The notes beneath the pieces are model-generated. The model did not search any database. It worked only from the letters and a program-made list of their open reading frames with translations, and was not told the DNA's origin. From assembly GCF_039654945.1 (NCBI RefSeq), contig NW_027362260.1, positions 1 to 64,000 of the forward strand: a DNA stretch of 64,000 bases, read 5' to 3'. Each line of letters begins with the position of its first letter. The stretch's first letter is position 1. Below are positions 11,287 through 24,611 of the stretch, in pieces. The stretch is from Dendrobates tinctorius (taxonomy: Eukaryota). A program made the position numbers and the translations under genes.

Positions 11287-14200
11287 TCTAGTCACTTTGG
11301 TCACAGCTGTGCCATCGAGCCTGTCACATAGCGCTCAGATATTCATTGGGCCTCACACAATCCAAAAGTGTCCAGTGTCCAAAAGTGTGTGCAGAGATTC
11401 AAAATCTCCCTTATCCTCTAGTCACTTTGGTCATAGCTGTGCCATCGAGCCTGTCACATAGCGCTCAGATATCAGTGGGCCTCACACAATCCAAAAGTGT
11501 CCAGTGTCCAAAAGTGTGTGCAGAGATTCAAAATCTCCCTTATCCTCTAGTCACTTTGGTCACAGATGTGCCATCGAGCCTGTGAAATAGCGCTCAGATA
11601 CCAGTGGGCCTCACACAATCCAAAAGTGTCCAGTGTCCAAAAGTGTGTGCAGAGATTCAAAATCTCCCTTATCCTCTAGTCACTTTGGTCACAGCTGTGC
11701 CATCGAGCCTGTCACATAGCGCTCAGATATTCATTGGGCCTCACACAATCCAAAAGTGTCCAGTGTCCAAAAGTGTGTGCAGAGATTCAAAATCTCCCTT
11801 ATCCTCTAGTCACTTTGGTCACAGCTGTGCCATCGAGCCTGTCACATAGCGCTCAGATATCAGTGGGCCTCACACAATCCAAAAGTGTCCAGTGTCCAAA
11901 AGTGTGTGCAGAGATTCAAAATCTCCCTTATCCTCTAGTCACTTTGGTCACAGCTGTGCCATCGAGCCTGTCACATAGCGCTCAGATATTCATTGGGCCT
12001 CACACAATCCAAAAGTGTCCAGTGTCCAAAAGTGTCTGCAGAAATTAAAAATCTCCCTTATCCTCTAGTCACTTTGGTCACAGCCGTGCCATCGAGCCTG
12101 TCACATAGCGCTCAGATATTCATTGGGCCTCACACAATCCAAAAGTGTCCAGTGTCCAAAAGTGTCTGCAGAAATTCAAAATCTCCCTTATCCTCTAGTC
12201 ACTTTGGTCACAGCTGTGCCATCGAGCCTGTCACATAGCGCTCAGATATCAGTGGGCCTCACACAATCCAAAAGTGTCCAGTGTCCAAAAGTGTGTGCAG
12301 AGATTCAAAATCTCCCTTATCCTCTAGTCACTTTGGTCACAGCTGTGCCATCGAGCCTGTCACATAGCGCTCAGATATTCATTGTGCCTCACACAATCCA
12401 AAAGTGTCCAGTGTCCAAATGTATGTGCAGAGATTCAAAATCTCCCATATCCTCTAGTCACTTTGGTCACAGCTGTGCCATCGAGCCTGTCACATAGCGC
12501 TCAGATATTCATTGGGCCTCACACAATCCAAAAGTGTCCAGTGTCCAAAAGTGTGTGCAGAGATTCAAAATCTCCCTTATCCTCTAGTCACTTTGGTCAC
12601 AGCTGTGCCATCGAGCCTGTCACATAGCGCTCAGATATTCATTGGGCCTCACACAATCCAAAAGTGTCCAGTGTCCAAAAGTGTGTGCAGAGATTCAAAA
12701 TCTCCCTTATCCTCTAGTCACTTTGGTCACAGCTGTGCCATCGAGCCTGTCACATAGCGCTCAGATATCAGTGGGCCTCACACAATCCAAAAGTGTCCAG
12801 TGTCCAAAAGTGTGTGCAGAGATTCAAAATCTCCCTTATCCTCTAGTCACTTTGGTCACAGCTGTGCCATCGAGCCTGTCACATAGCGCTCAGATATTCA
12901 TTGGGCCTCACACAATCCAAAAGTGTCCAGTGTCCAAAAGTGTCTGCAGAAATTCAAAATCTCCCTTATCCTCTAGTCACTATGGTCTCAGCTGTGCCAT
13001 CGAGCCTGTGACATAGCGCTCAGATATCAGTGGGCCTCACACAATCCAAAAGTGTCCAGTGTCCAAAAGTGTGTGCAGAGATTCAAAATCTCCCTTATCC
13101 TCTAGTCACTTTGGTCACAGCTGTGCCATCGAGCCTGTCACATAGCGCTCAGATATTCATTGGGCCTCACACAATCCAAAAGTGTCCAGTGTCCAAAAGT
13201 GTCTGCAGAAATTCAAAATCTCCCTTATCCTCTAGTCACTTTGGTCACAGCCGTGCCATCGAGCCTGTCACATAGCGCTCAGATATTCATTGGGCCTCAC
13301 ACAATCCAAAAGTGTCCAGTGTCCAAAAGTGTGTGCAGAGATTCAAAATCTCCCTTATCCTCTAGTCACTTTTGTCACAGCTGTGCCATCGAGCCTGTGA
13401 CATAGCGCTCAGATATCAGTGGGCCTCACACAATCCAAAAGTGTCCAGTGTCCAAAAGTGTGTGCAGAGATTCAAAATCTCCCTTATCCTCTAGTCACTT
13501 TGGTCACAGCTGTGCCATCGAGCCTGTCACATAGCGCTCAGATATTCATTGGGCCTCACACAATCCAAAAGTGTCCAGTGTCCAAAAGTGTGTGCAGAGA
13601 TTCAAAATCTCCCTTATCCTCTAGTCACTTTGGTCACAGCTGTGCCATCGAGCCTGTCACATAGCGCTCAGATATCAGTGGGCCTCACACAATCCAAAAG
13701 TGTCCAGTGTCCAAAAGTGTGTGCAGAGATTCAAAATCTCCCTTATCCTCTAGTCACTTTGGTCACAGCTGTGCCATCGAGCGTGTCACATAGCGCTCAG
13801 ATATTCATTGGGCCTCACACAATCCAAAAGTGTCCAGTGTCCAAAAGTGTGTGCAGAGATTCAAAATCTCCTTATCCTCTAGTCACTTTGGTCACAGCTG
13901 TGCCATCGAGCCTGTGACATAGCGCTCAGATATCAGTGGGCCTCACACAATCCAAAAGTGTCCAGTGTCCAAAAGTGTGTGCAGAGATTCAAAATCTCCC
14001 TTATCCTCTAGTCACTTTGGTCACAGCTGTGCCATCGAGCCTGTGACATAGCGCTCAGATATCAGTGGGTCTCACACAATCCAAAAGTGTCCAGTGTCCA
14101 AAAGTGTGTGCAGAGATTCAAAATCTCCCTTATCCTCTAGTCACTTTGGTCACAGCTGTGCCATCGAGCCTGTCACATAGCGCTCAGATATTTATTGGGC

Positions 14201-15514
14201 CTCACACAATCCAAAAGTGTCCAGTGTCCAAAAGTGTCTGCAGAAATTCAAAATCTCCCTTATCCTCTAGTCACTATGGTCACAGCTGTGCCATCGAGCC
14301 TGTGACATAGCGCTCAGATATCAGTGGGCCTCACACAATCCAAAAGTGTCCAGTGTCCAAAAGTGTGTGCAGAGATTCAAAATCTCCCTTATCCTCTAGT
14401 CACTTTGGTCACAGCTGTGCCATCGAGCCTGTCACATAGCGCTCAGATATTCATTGGGCCTCACACAATCCAAAAGTGTCCAGTGTCCAAAAGTGTCTGC
14501 AGAAATTCAAAATCTCCCTTATCCTCTAGTCACTTTGGTCACAGCTGTGCCATCGAGCCTGTCACATAGCGCTCAGATATCAGTGGGCCTCACACAATCC
14601 ACAAGTGTCCAGTGTCCAAAAGTGTGCGCAGAGATTCAAAATCTCCATTATCCTCTCGTCACTTTGGTCACAGGCAGCTGTGCCATCGAGCGTGTCACAT
14701 AGCGCTCAGATATCAGTGGGCCTCACACAATCCACAAGTGTCCAAAAGTGTGCGCAGAGATTCAAAATCTCCATTATCCTCTCGTCACTTTGGTCACAGG
14801 CAGCTGTGCCATCGAGCGTGTCACATAGCGCTCAGATATCAGTGGGCCTCACACAATCCACAAGTGTCCAGTGTCCAAAAGTGTGCGCAGAGATTCAAAA
14901 TCTCCATTATCCTCTTGTCACTTTGGTCACAGGCAGCTGTGCCATCGAGCGTGTCACATAGTGCTCAGATATCAGTGGGCCTCACACAATCCACAAGTGT
15001 CCAGTGTCCAAAAGTGTGCGCAGAGATTCAACATCTCCATTATCCTTTTGTGACTTTGGTCACAGGCAGCTGTGCCATCGAGCGTGTCACATAGTGCTCA
15101 GATATCAGTGGGCCTCACACAATCCACAAGTGTCCAGTGTCCAAAAGTGTGCGCAGAGATTCAAAATCTCCATTATCCTCTCGTCACTTTGGTCACAGGC
15201 AGCTGTGCCATCGAGCGTGTCACATAGCGCTCAGATATCAGTGGGCCTCACACAATCCACAAGTGTCCAGTGTCCAAAAGTGTGCGCAGAGATTCAAAAT
15301 CTCCATTATCCTCTCGTCACTTTGGTCACAGGCAGCTGTGCCATCGAGCCTGTCACATAGCGCTCAGATATCAGTGGGCCTTACACAATCCAAAAGTGTC
15401 CACTGTCCACAAGTGTGTGCAGAAATTCTAAATCTCCCCTGTCCTATAGACACCTTGTACCTTGTTTTACATTACTATATAGTTTGTTGGATTTTGTCTA
15501 CATTTCTACCAAAA

Positions 15515-18452
15515 ATGAGGAAGGCTGGTGGAAGAGGCCGTGGAATTGGGCGGGGGTTGGCAGCTGGTAATGATGGTGTTGGTGGTGGATCTGATGGTAG
15601 TGGCAAGAGCAAAATAGGACCGAATGCAGGAGGTGCTGACCCTGCGTCATCGTCTGGCTACATAAGGCCTCAAACGCTTAGTTTTCTAGGAGTTGGCAAA
15701 CCGCTTTTAAAGGCAGAGCATCAGGAAAAAGTTTTGTCTTACATTGCTGACTCAGCCTCCAGCTCTATCGCCTCCTCTTCTTCAGTTGTAAAAAGTAAAA
15801 GCACTGAGTCATCATTGGAGGCTCATGTTCATGAACCACACCTTTCCTTGTGTCCTTCACCCCAACCAAGATTGAAGGATGACGCAGGCCATACTACTGA
15901 TTACTCCATGGAGCTGTTTTCACATACCATGCCTGGATTATCAAGTGAAATGGTGAATTACCCAGGCCAAGATGAATCTGACATGGAGTGCACTGATGCA
16001 CAGCCGCTGATGGATGATTCTGCTGGTACATTCACTCAGAGCACTACATTGTCCTCGCAGTGTACAGAGCCAGATTTTGACCCTGATGAGACTCAGGTGC
16101 CCCTTCCCGCACACTATAACACCATACACGGTGACACAGAGAAAGGTGCACATGACATAGAAGAGGAGGTGATGGATGACCCAGTTGTTGCCCCAGATTG
16201 GCATCCATTGGGGGAAGACGGTGCTGCTTCCAATAGCTCAGATGAGGAGCATCCACAGCAGACATCGACATCGCAACAGCTGTTATCTGGCAGGCCCGGA
16301 GCACTCCAAAGACAGGTTCCAAACATCAAAAGAGTTGCTGGACAGCTTGTACAGAGGGTCAAAAGATCACAGCGTGCTAGGCCGCAAAATGTCTGCCAAA
16401 GTAGGAAGAGTGCAGTGTGGCACTTTTTTGAACAAAATCCTCATGATCAGGCCAAGGTTATCTGTAAGAAGTGCGCAAAGACCTTTAGCCGAGGGAAAAA
16501 TCTGAAAAATTTGAATACCAGTTGCATGCTTAGACATTTAACCAGCATGCACTTGCAAGCGTGGACACAACACCAAACCTCAAGTGCCACATGTGCAACT
16601 GATCACAACGAAGGTAGTCAGCAACGCTACATTGTTTCCCCCACTGTAAGCCCACCGGTTAGCACAGCAGCAAATGTTGAGGTGTCGTTGCAAGACCACA
16701 GCAGTCAGGGAATCCCACTGTTATATCAGTCAGCAGTCGTACGAGCACTCCATCTGCAGCTGCCACTGTTGCACACGATGTGTCCCCCTATCGAGCAGCT
16801 AGTGGAAAGCTTCAGCAGGCTGTGTTGCAGATGATGTGTTTGGGCGACAGACACACCGCCGAGGTGCTGGCCGAGTACTTGAAGCGACAAACTGAGTCAT
16901 GGCTGGGCAGTGTACATCTTGAGGCAGGCAAGGTAGTTAGTGATAACGGCCGTAATTTTGTGGCAGCCATAGCCCTTTCAAAACTCAGCCACATACCTTG
17001 CTTGGCTCACACCTTGAACCTGGTGGTGCAGTGCTTCCTCAAAAATTATCCGGAGTTAACAGCCCTGCTCCAGAAGGTGCGAAGACTGTGCGCGCACATC
17101 CGCCGGTCGCCTGTACACTCCGTTCGTATGCAGAAGCTGCAGCGATTGCTCCACCTTCCCAACCACCGCCTCATTATCGACATTGCAACAAGGTGGAACT
17201 CCACCCTGCACATGGTGGAGCGGCTGTGCGAGCAGAGGCAGGCCATAATGCATTTGTGGGAGGATACACGGCCAGGCACTTTGAGAGCAGACATGGAGTT
17301 GACAGGCGTGCAGTGGTCGAAGCTGAAAGACCTTTGTAAAGTCCTTCAGTGTTTTGAGGAATGCACACGGCTGGTAAGCGCAGACGACGCCATCCTAAGC
17401 ATGAGCATCCCACTTATGTGTCTGCTCATGCAAACTTTGACGCACCTTAAGGAGCAGGCGTCTGCAGCCAATGTTGATGAGGAGGAAGAGGAGGAGGGAA
17501 TCCTTGATGACATTCAGCCATTGTCTGCTCAGGGACCTCTCCTGGACGAGGTGGAGGAAGAAGAGGAGGAGGAGGATGATGATGGGGATGATTACTTAGG
17601 GGAGGAGGATGCATCTCGTGGGGCAAGTGAAAATGTTGGCGTGGCAAGGTCTGGTACAGGGTTTGTGCGTGACTGGAGGGATGTGGATTTGCCAGAAAGT
17701 GCTCCTCCACCCAGCACTCGCAGTGCATCATTGACACCGGGAACATTGGCCCACATGTCAGATTATGCCTTGCGGATCCTAAAAAGGGACCCCCGCATTG
17801 CCAAAATGATGAACGATGATGACTACTGGTTGGCCAGCATCCTGGATCCACGCTATAAAGGCAAATTACAAAACATCATGCCACAGGAGAACCTTGACCT
17901 AATATTGGCTAATAAACAAGCAACTCTGGTAAATCGGTTGCTTGAGGCATTCCCAGCACACAGCAGCGGTGATGGTTCTCACAAGAGCCGTACGGGCCGG
18001 GGCAGCTTGGCAGAGGTGTTCGTGGTGCACACAGCAGAAGTGGCGTTGTAGACAGGGGTTTCATGACAATGTTGTGGACTGATTTTTCAAATACCGCTCA
18101 CACAACTGGTAATACTGCATCGATGGAAAGTGACAGGAGACAGCAGTTGTCAACTATGGTTACAAACTACTTTTCCTCCCATATCGATGTTCTCCCACAC
18201 AGGTCATTCCCCTTTGACTATTGGGCCGCTAAACTGGACACCTGGCCTGAATTGGCCCAATATGCCATACAGGAGCTCGCTTGCCCAGCTGCAAGTGTGC
18301 TATCGGAAAGAGTCTTCAGTGCAGCTGGATCAATCCTGACAGAAAAAAGGACCCGTCTGTCAACCCAAAATGTGGATGATCTAACCTTCATTAAAATGAA
18401 CCACGCATGGGTTTCCAAGGATTTTGTCCCACCCTCCCCTGATGACACATAG
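15515..18452 (+). pseudogene. hAT transposase of copy A, disabled
   Basis: Near-identical to 53052-56594, but with a deletion of about 600 bp near 16728 (removes the TTDAW catalytic Asp) and a frameshift near 18000. Confidence 0.92.
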
Positions 18453-18869
18453 GGTGACAGAAAAATGGCTTGCTTTGGTCCACCTCTTCCTGGTACTTCA
18501 CCTATTTTGCATTTTGCATCAGCTGAATGTCCAACATCAACATATGCCACTTTCTAAAACTCCCTAACTGTGCTGCCTCCCCCCCATGGCCGGGGTCACC
18601 ACCTACCGCACGACACCGTGCGAGTGCCGTTGCCCTGGACAGGTGGGTAGGCCGACACTTGGGCGCGGGCACTGGCACAGGGTCCCTCATAGTGCAATCA
18701 AGTGTCTCTGACGGTGGTGGTGCACACCCGCCGTCAGACACACCGCTGTACTATGAGGGACCCAGTGCCAGTACCGACGCCCACGAGTGGGCCCCCCTTG
18801 CTTGGGCAGGGCCCCAGCATTTGCAATCTTTACCTCTCCCTGCTCCTCCGCTGTGTAATCTGGGCCGTC

Positions 18870-19757
18870 AAATCCATACTGTGCCTGACACCGTCTGAGC
18901 CTGCCTCCTGAGACATATATTTTGAATGTGTACGCTATCCATACATGTTATCCGGGGATACGGTACCCTTTCTAACCTTTGTGCAATAACGTGCAATCCA
19001 TACTGTGCCTGACACCGTCTGAGCCTTCCTCCTGAGACATATATTTTGAATGTATACGCTATCCATACATGTTATCCGGGGATACGGTACCCTTTCTAAC
19101 CTTTGTGCAATCACGTGCAATCCATACTGTGCCTGACACCGTCTGAGCCTGCCTCCTGAGACATATATTTTGAATGTGTACGCTATCCATACATGTTATC
19201 CAGGGATACGGTACCCTTTCTAACCTTTGTGCAATCACGTGCAATCCATACTGTGCCTGCCACCGTCTGAGCCTGCCTCCTGAGACATATATTTTGAATG
19301 TGTACACTATGCTATCCATACATGTTATCTGGGGATACGGTACCCTTTCTCACCTTTGTGCAATCACGTGCAATCCATACTGGGCCTAACACCGTCTGAG
19401 CCTGCCTCCTGAGACATATATTTTAAATGTGTACACTATCCATACATGTTATCCGGGGATACGGTACCCTTTCTAACCTTTGTGCAATCACGTGCAATTC
19501 ATACTGGGCCTAACACCGTCTGAGCCTGCCTCCTGAGACATATATTTTGAATGTGTACGCTATCCATACATGTTATCCGGGGATATGGTACCCTTTCTAA
19601 CCTTTGTGCAATCACGTGCAATCCATACTGTGCCTGACACCGTCTGAGCCTGCCTCCTGAGACATATATTTTGAATGTGTACGCTATCCATACATGTTAT
19701 CCAGGGATACGGTACCCTTTCTAACCTTTGTGCAATCACGTGCAATCCATACTGGGC
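18870..19757 (+). repeat. 124-bp tandem array (about 7 units) in the hAT 3' region
   Basis: Unit ...CCATACTGTGCCTGACACCGTCTGAGCCTGCCTCCTGAGACATATATTTTGAATGTG...GGTACCCTTTCTAACCTTTGTGCAATCACGTGCAAT. Confidence 0.95.
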
Positions 19758-21071
19758 GTGAGAACGGCTGGCGAGCTGTTAAGCAAGCTACAGCACCTGT
19801 CCAGACAAGTACAGGGATTCCCTAGCGAGGAGACTTATTTGATTGTTTTCAATGTTGGGACAGCAATTTTTGGGGAGCACTATACTCTGGAGAATGATAG
19901 ATGGGGCCCACCATACACTGGAACATTCCAAAGGTGGACATCAGACACTGGAGCAGCATTTACAGGGCCCATTATACACTAGAGCATTAGAAATGGGGCC
20001 CATTATGTTTGGAGCATTATTTGGGCCGATAAGACAGTGGAGCTTCATCCATGGGGACCAACATATACTGTAGCATTATGTGGAGCTCATCATATACTGT
20101 TTCATACATTATATGGGACCAATGATTCTGTATGGAGAAATAGATGGGCCTCGTCATGAGATGTAAAAAGTGAGGTATTTTTCATTGTACTATACCGCTA
20201 TTTATCTGCCGTATCGGAGCATGATGAGTTGTGGTATGTGTTAAAGGGGTGCTCTTTCGCCCAGGGCACATGAAAACCTGCAGCCAGCCCTCCCCCCCCC
20301 ACAACTTTAGCCAAATAACCCCCATTTTTCAGTGCGTAACTTGTATTATGAAGTTAATTAAGGTTGACAAGCTTAAGTAAGAAGAATTGATGCTTTTGGC
20401 ATTCAAATGGGCACTGTAGGTGTGTTTCCTGTCCTCCTCTCACTGCCGACTTTTATTCCCCATTGACTTACATTGGGTTTCGTGTTTCGGGACGACCCCG
20501 ACTTTTCCCTATAATCGGACGATCTTGCTCAACCCGACTTTTGGAAAAGTCGGGTTTCACGAAACGAAACGCGACCCTAAAAAACCAAAAGTCGCTCAAC
20601 TCTAATTGCAGCTCATTTTTTCTTCTCCTATTAGTGTGCATCCATCCCTATCCATCTACATTGGTTGGTTGAAAACACTATATAGGAGTAGATAGAGGAG
20701 CCTTTTTTCTGGCTTGTGCCCTTCAGCTGCAGCCAGATTAGTATTACCCAATTTTTTTGGAGCCTCATCTTTTGCATTGTAGGTTACCTGCCTGCATTGT
20801 AATAGCTCCAGAAAGTTGGTGATACTCTCACTTTCAAATCTTTGGTCACATCCTTTTAGTTCCCCCCCCCAAAAAAAAAAACAAAAAAACAACAAAGTTC
20901 ACCAAACACTACATTTGAAAGTTGTGTAGGCCACATTAGCTCCCATTAAAGTGTAGTCGACACACGCACTGCATACAATTAGTGTTTCTTATACCTGTAA
21001 CCAGCTGTTCAGGAATAAGCACACTAAGGCCCCCTTTGTACTTTTCTGCCTATCTTTATCAGTCTAGCAAG

Positions 21072-24000
21072 ATGAAGAAGGCAGGGAGTAAGGCACGTGG
21101 GCGTGGAGTTTCAACAGGGAGAGGACGTGGGGATTCTGCAGGGAGAGGACGTGGGGATTCTGCAGGGAGAGGACGTGGGGATTCTGTGCCTGCTGTTGGC
21201 ACCAGTGACTCAGCATCTCCCAGTTTTAGCAGGCAACAGTCCTTTATGTGCAGCTTTGTAGGACCTCACCGTACCCCACTGCTGCGGGAGGAACAAATTG
21301 AAGCCGTTTTCGGATGGATGGCAGCTAACGCATCGACTTCAATTACTTCCACATCCTCTCAGGGCCAGAGCACCGAAGAGCAACCATCTGTCTCTTCACC
21401 ACCTGCCAAAGTGCCCAGGCAGTCACAGAGCCCTGGACAGGAGCCATCACGGTCTCTACTTCTGTTCTCGGAATCTGTTGGTTTGGAAAGAGGGGGCCCG
21501 CCAAGCAGCATTCCAGAATGTGAAGAAGAGGGAGTATGCAGTGATGCGCAACTTCTTTGTCCCTCTGAATCTGAAGAGGCGGGTGGGCCAGTGCCTATGG
21601 TCAGCACACCTCCGTACGCATCAGATGATGACGAGACACAGGTGCCACTTTCTGTTGCGTACGGTGCTGGCGAGACAATCCAGGAGAAGCAGGTGTTTGA
21701 AGAGGGGAGTGTAGATGATGAGGTCCTTGACCCATCATGGCGTGAGGAACAGGAAGGTGGTGGGAGCAGCTCTGAGGAAGAGATTCCCCTAACGGCCAAA
21801 ACCGGAGGGAGAGGGAGGGGGCAGACTTGGTTGCCTGTAGCCTCCACTTCAACACCCGTTAGGAGCATTACACTTTCAAAAGGGAAAACGGGCGTGGTCC
21901 TTTTTTGACACAGTTGCAGATGACATTTGCTTTGTCAAATGCAAGCTGTGTCATCAGAGAGTCAAAAGAGGGAAAAATGTCAGCAACCTCAATACCACTA
22001 ATATGTGGAAACATGTGCAGGCCAAGCACGAGGTGGAGTTACACAGACACACTGAAGACGTAGGCCAACGTACAGCAGCACCTACCACCTATTCAGCTCG
22101 TGTTGGGGCCTCTTCCTCCAGCTCACACACAGCTGGTTCGGCTTCCTCACAGGATCGCCAAGGAAGAACCTCTGGCACTGTTGTCCGGAGACCCTGTGAC
22201 ATTCCACCCACAGTACCACGTTACAAGTCTTCCTCACACTCCCAGGCCACTCGACAGCCATCGGTAGCACAGGCATGGGAGAAAAGGCGGCCATACTCGG
22301 CTAACCATCCCCGAGCACAGGCTCTGAATGCTGGCATTGTCAAACTACTGGCACTTGAAATGCTCTCATTCAGGCTGGTGGAGACTGACACCTTCTGGGA
22401 CTTCATGGCATTGGCAATCCCACAATACACCGTGCCCAGCTGCTTTTATTTCAGCAGGCGAGCTGTCCCTGCCCTGGAGAAACATGTGGAGGCAATCATA
22501 AAACATGCGCTACTAAACGCCATCAGTAGCAAGGTCTACCTGACCACCGATGCGTGGACCAGTAACCATGGACAGGGATGATACCTTTCCCTCACTGCCA
22601 TTGGGTCAATGTTGTGGAGCCGGGTACAGATCTGGAGAGTGGTGCTCTACGTGTTCTGCCAACTCCACGGATTGCAGGAATCCAGTCTGTACACATTGAC
22701 TCCTCCTCCTTCTCAAGTTCCTCTGAAACAGCGCAGCAGGAGCCTGTTACGACCGATATGAGCTCAGCCGTGGCCAAACGTCAACAGGCCGTACTGAAAT
22801 AATTTATTTGGGGAATCGAAGCCACACAGCGCAGGAGCTCTGGAATGCCATCAAGCAGGAGAGCGACGTGTGGTTTCTGCCAGCGAATCTCCAGCCGGGC
22901 TTGGTAGTGTGTGACAATGGACGAAATCTGGTGGCAGCTCTTGGCCTAGGCAACCTCACTCACATCCCATGTCTGGCACATGTGCTCAACTTGGTCGTGC
23001 AGAGCTTTCTGAGGGACTATCCGGATCGTGATGCACTGCTGCACAAGGTCCGCATAGAGTGCGCTCACTTGCGGCGTTCCAGCACGGCAAGGTCGCGCCT
23101 TGCTGCTCTGCAGCGCCGATTACGCCTTCCGGAACATCGCATCATATGTGACCTACCCACCAGGTGGAATTCTACTTATCATATGTTGGAGCGGTTGTGT
23201 GAGCAGCAGGCAGCAGTCACGGAGTACCAGCTGCATCAGGCGCAAACAAGTCGCACTGTGCGCCGGTCACACTTCAGCACCACTGAGTGGGCCTCTATGA
23301 AGGACATCTGCCTCGTTTTGCGTGCCTTCGATGATTACACGAGGATGGCGAGTGGAGATGATGCACTAGTCAGCATGACTGTCCCCCTTATCTGCCTGCT
23401 TCAAAAAACACTGCAAGCACTAAGGGATGAGGTTTTGGAAGAGGTGGAGGATGAGGAGTCCCAAATGCCATCTGCTTCTGGACAGTCTGCGCTACGTGCT
23501 TCCTCACAAAGGCCTAGGCAGGGGACACTTTGTGAGGAGGATGAGGAGGAGTCGATGGAGGAGGAAGACATCTCTCCAGAGGAGGGAGGTACACAAAGCT
23601 CTAGTCAGTATGTACAGCGAGGGTGGGGTGATGCAGAGCAGGCAGAGATCACGCCTCAAGCAGGGGACAGCGGTTCTTTGGCAGTTGGGAGTCTGCAGCA
23701 CATGGTTGACTTCATGCTGCAGTACCTGAGAAACGACCGCCGCATCGCCCACATTCTCTACTCGGCTAATTATTGGGTGTACACCCTCCTAGATCCTCGC
23801 TACCGGGACAACTTGCAAACCCTCATACCAACGTTGAACCGGGAGCGTAAACTGCGGGAGTACCAAGACACACTGGTGCAGTCCATCATGTTTTCCATTC
23901 CACCCGACAGCAGTGGTGCTAGTGCTTTACAAAGCACCTCTGTGCGTCGAGCCAGTGGAGGAAACTCTGCACAAAGAGGGAGCAGAGGCAGCGCCTCAGC

Positions 24001-24400
24001 ACAAGGCAAGACCACTATGGCCCAAATGTGGCAAAGTTTTGTGTGTCCGCCACAATTGTCTACACCATCACTGACGGCTCCAGTCAGCAGGAGGCAACGT
24101 TTCCGTCAGATGGTGACAAACTACATGTCTTGCCCTGTGACTGTACTCCAAGATGGCTCTTCCCCCTTCAAGTTTTGGGTCTCTAAGCTGGATACATGGC
24201 CAGAGCTTAGCCAGTATGCATTGGTGGTGCTGGCTTGCCCTGCTGCCAGTGTCTTATCGGAACGCGTCTTTAGTGCCGCAGGTGGTGTACTAACATACCG
24301 TCGCACGCAAATTTCTTCCGATAACGTCGACCGACTTACTTTTCTGAAAATGAACAAGGCCTGGATCTCCCCAGAATTTGCCAGTCCTCTTCCCGACTAA
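21072..24400 (+). pseudogene. Second-subfamily hAT transposase (B), frameshifted or stopped near 21900, 22580 and 22800
   Basis: BED finger (CKLC...MWKHVQAKH), YLTTDAWT, VVCDNGRN, CLAHVLNL, TRWNS, SERVFS, hAT dimerisation C-terminus; GRGRGDSA x3 at the N-terminus. Confidence 0.92.
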
Positions 24401-24611
24401 ATAATTGGTTGGCAACTGTATCCAGGTCTCCTGTTGTGTTCATGTTTCTACCACCTGAACTATAATCCCTGGGCTTCAACACAGCCAGTTGTCGCTCAGA
24501 TGTGTCGTCTGCACAGAGAAAAACACTAGCTCCTGTGTTATTGGGGTTCAGTAACGCCAGCTGCTCCCCTGCTGTGTGGACGGCAAAGTCTCCTGCTCCA
24601 TCCACATTCAA

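Larger units (their letters stand above)
5022..15440 (+). repeat. 129/130/133-bp tandem array (about 43 units) inside the hAT 5' region, interrupted by two CR1s
   Basis: Unit CCTTATCCTCTAGTCACTTTGGTCACAGCTGTGCCATCGAGCCTGTCACATAGCGCTCAGATAT...CACACAATCCAAAAGTGTCCAGTGTCCAAAAGTGTGTGCAGAGATTCAAAATCTC. Confidence 0.97.
4466..20604 (+). mobile_element. hAT DNA transposon copy A, both ends present, inflated by satellite and CR1 insertions
   Basis: TAGAGTTGAGCG at 4466 and CGCTCAACTCTA ending 20604; colinear with 49802-58481 in reverse. The 8-bp flanks (TATACCAC / ATTGCAGC) do not match. Confidence 0.9.

Noticed and set aside
5093-15360. Dozens of repeated 60-160-aa ORFs (MGLTQSKSVQCPKV...)
   Set aside because: Translations of the 130-bp satellite using non-ATG starts; unit length is not a consistent multiple of 3.
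5022-15440. CRISPR-like appearance of regular repeats
   Set aside because: No unique spacers, no cas genes, eukaryotic context.
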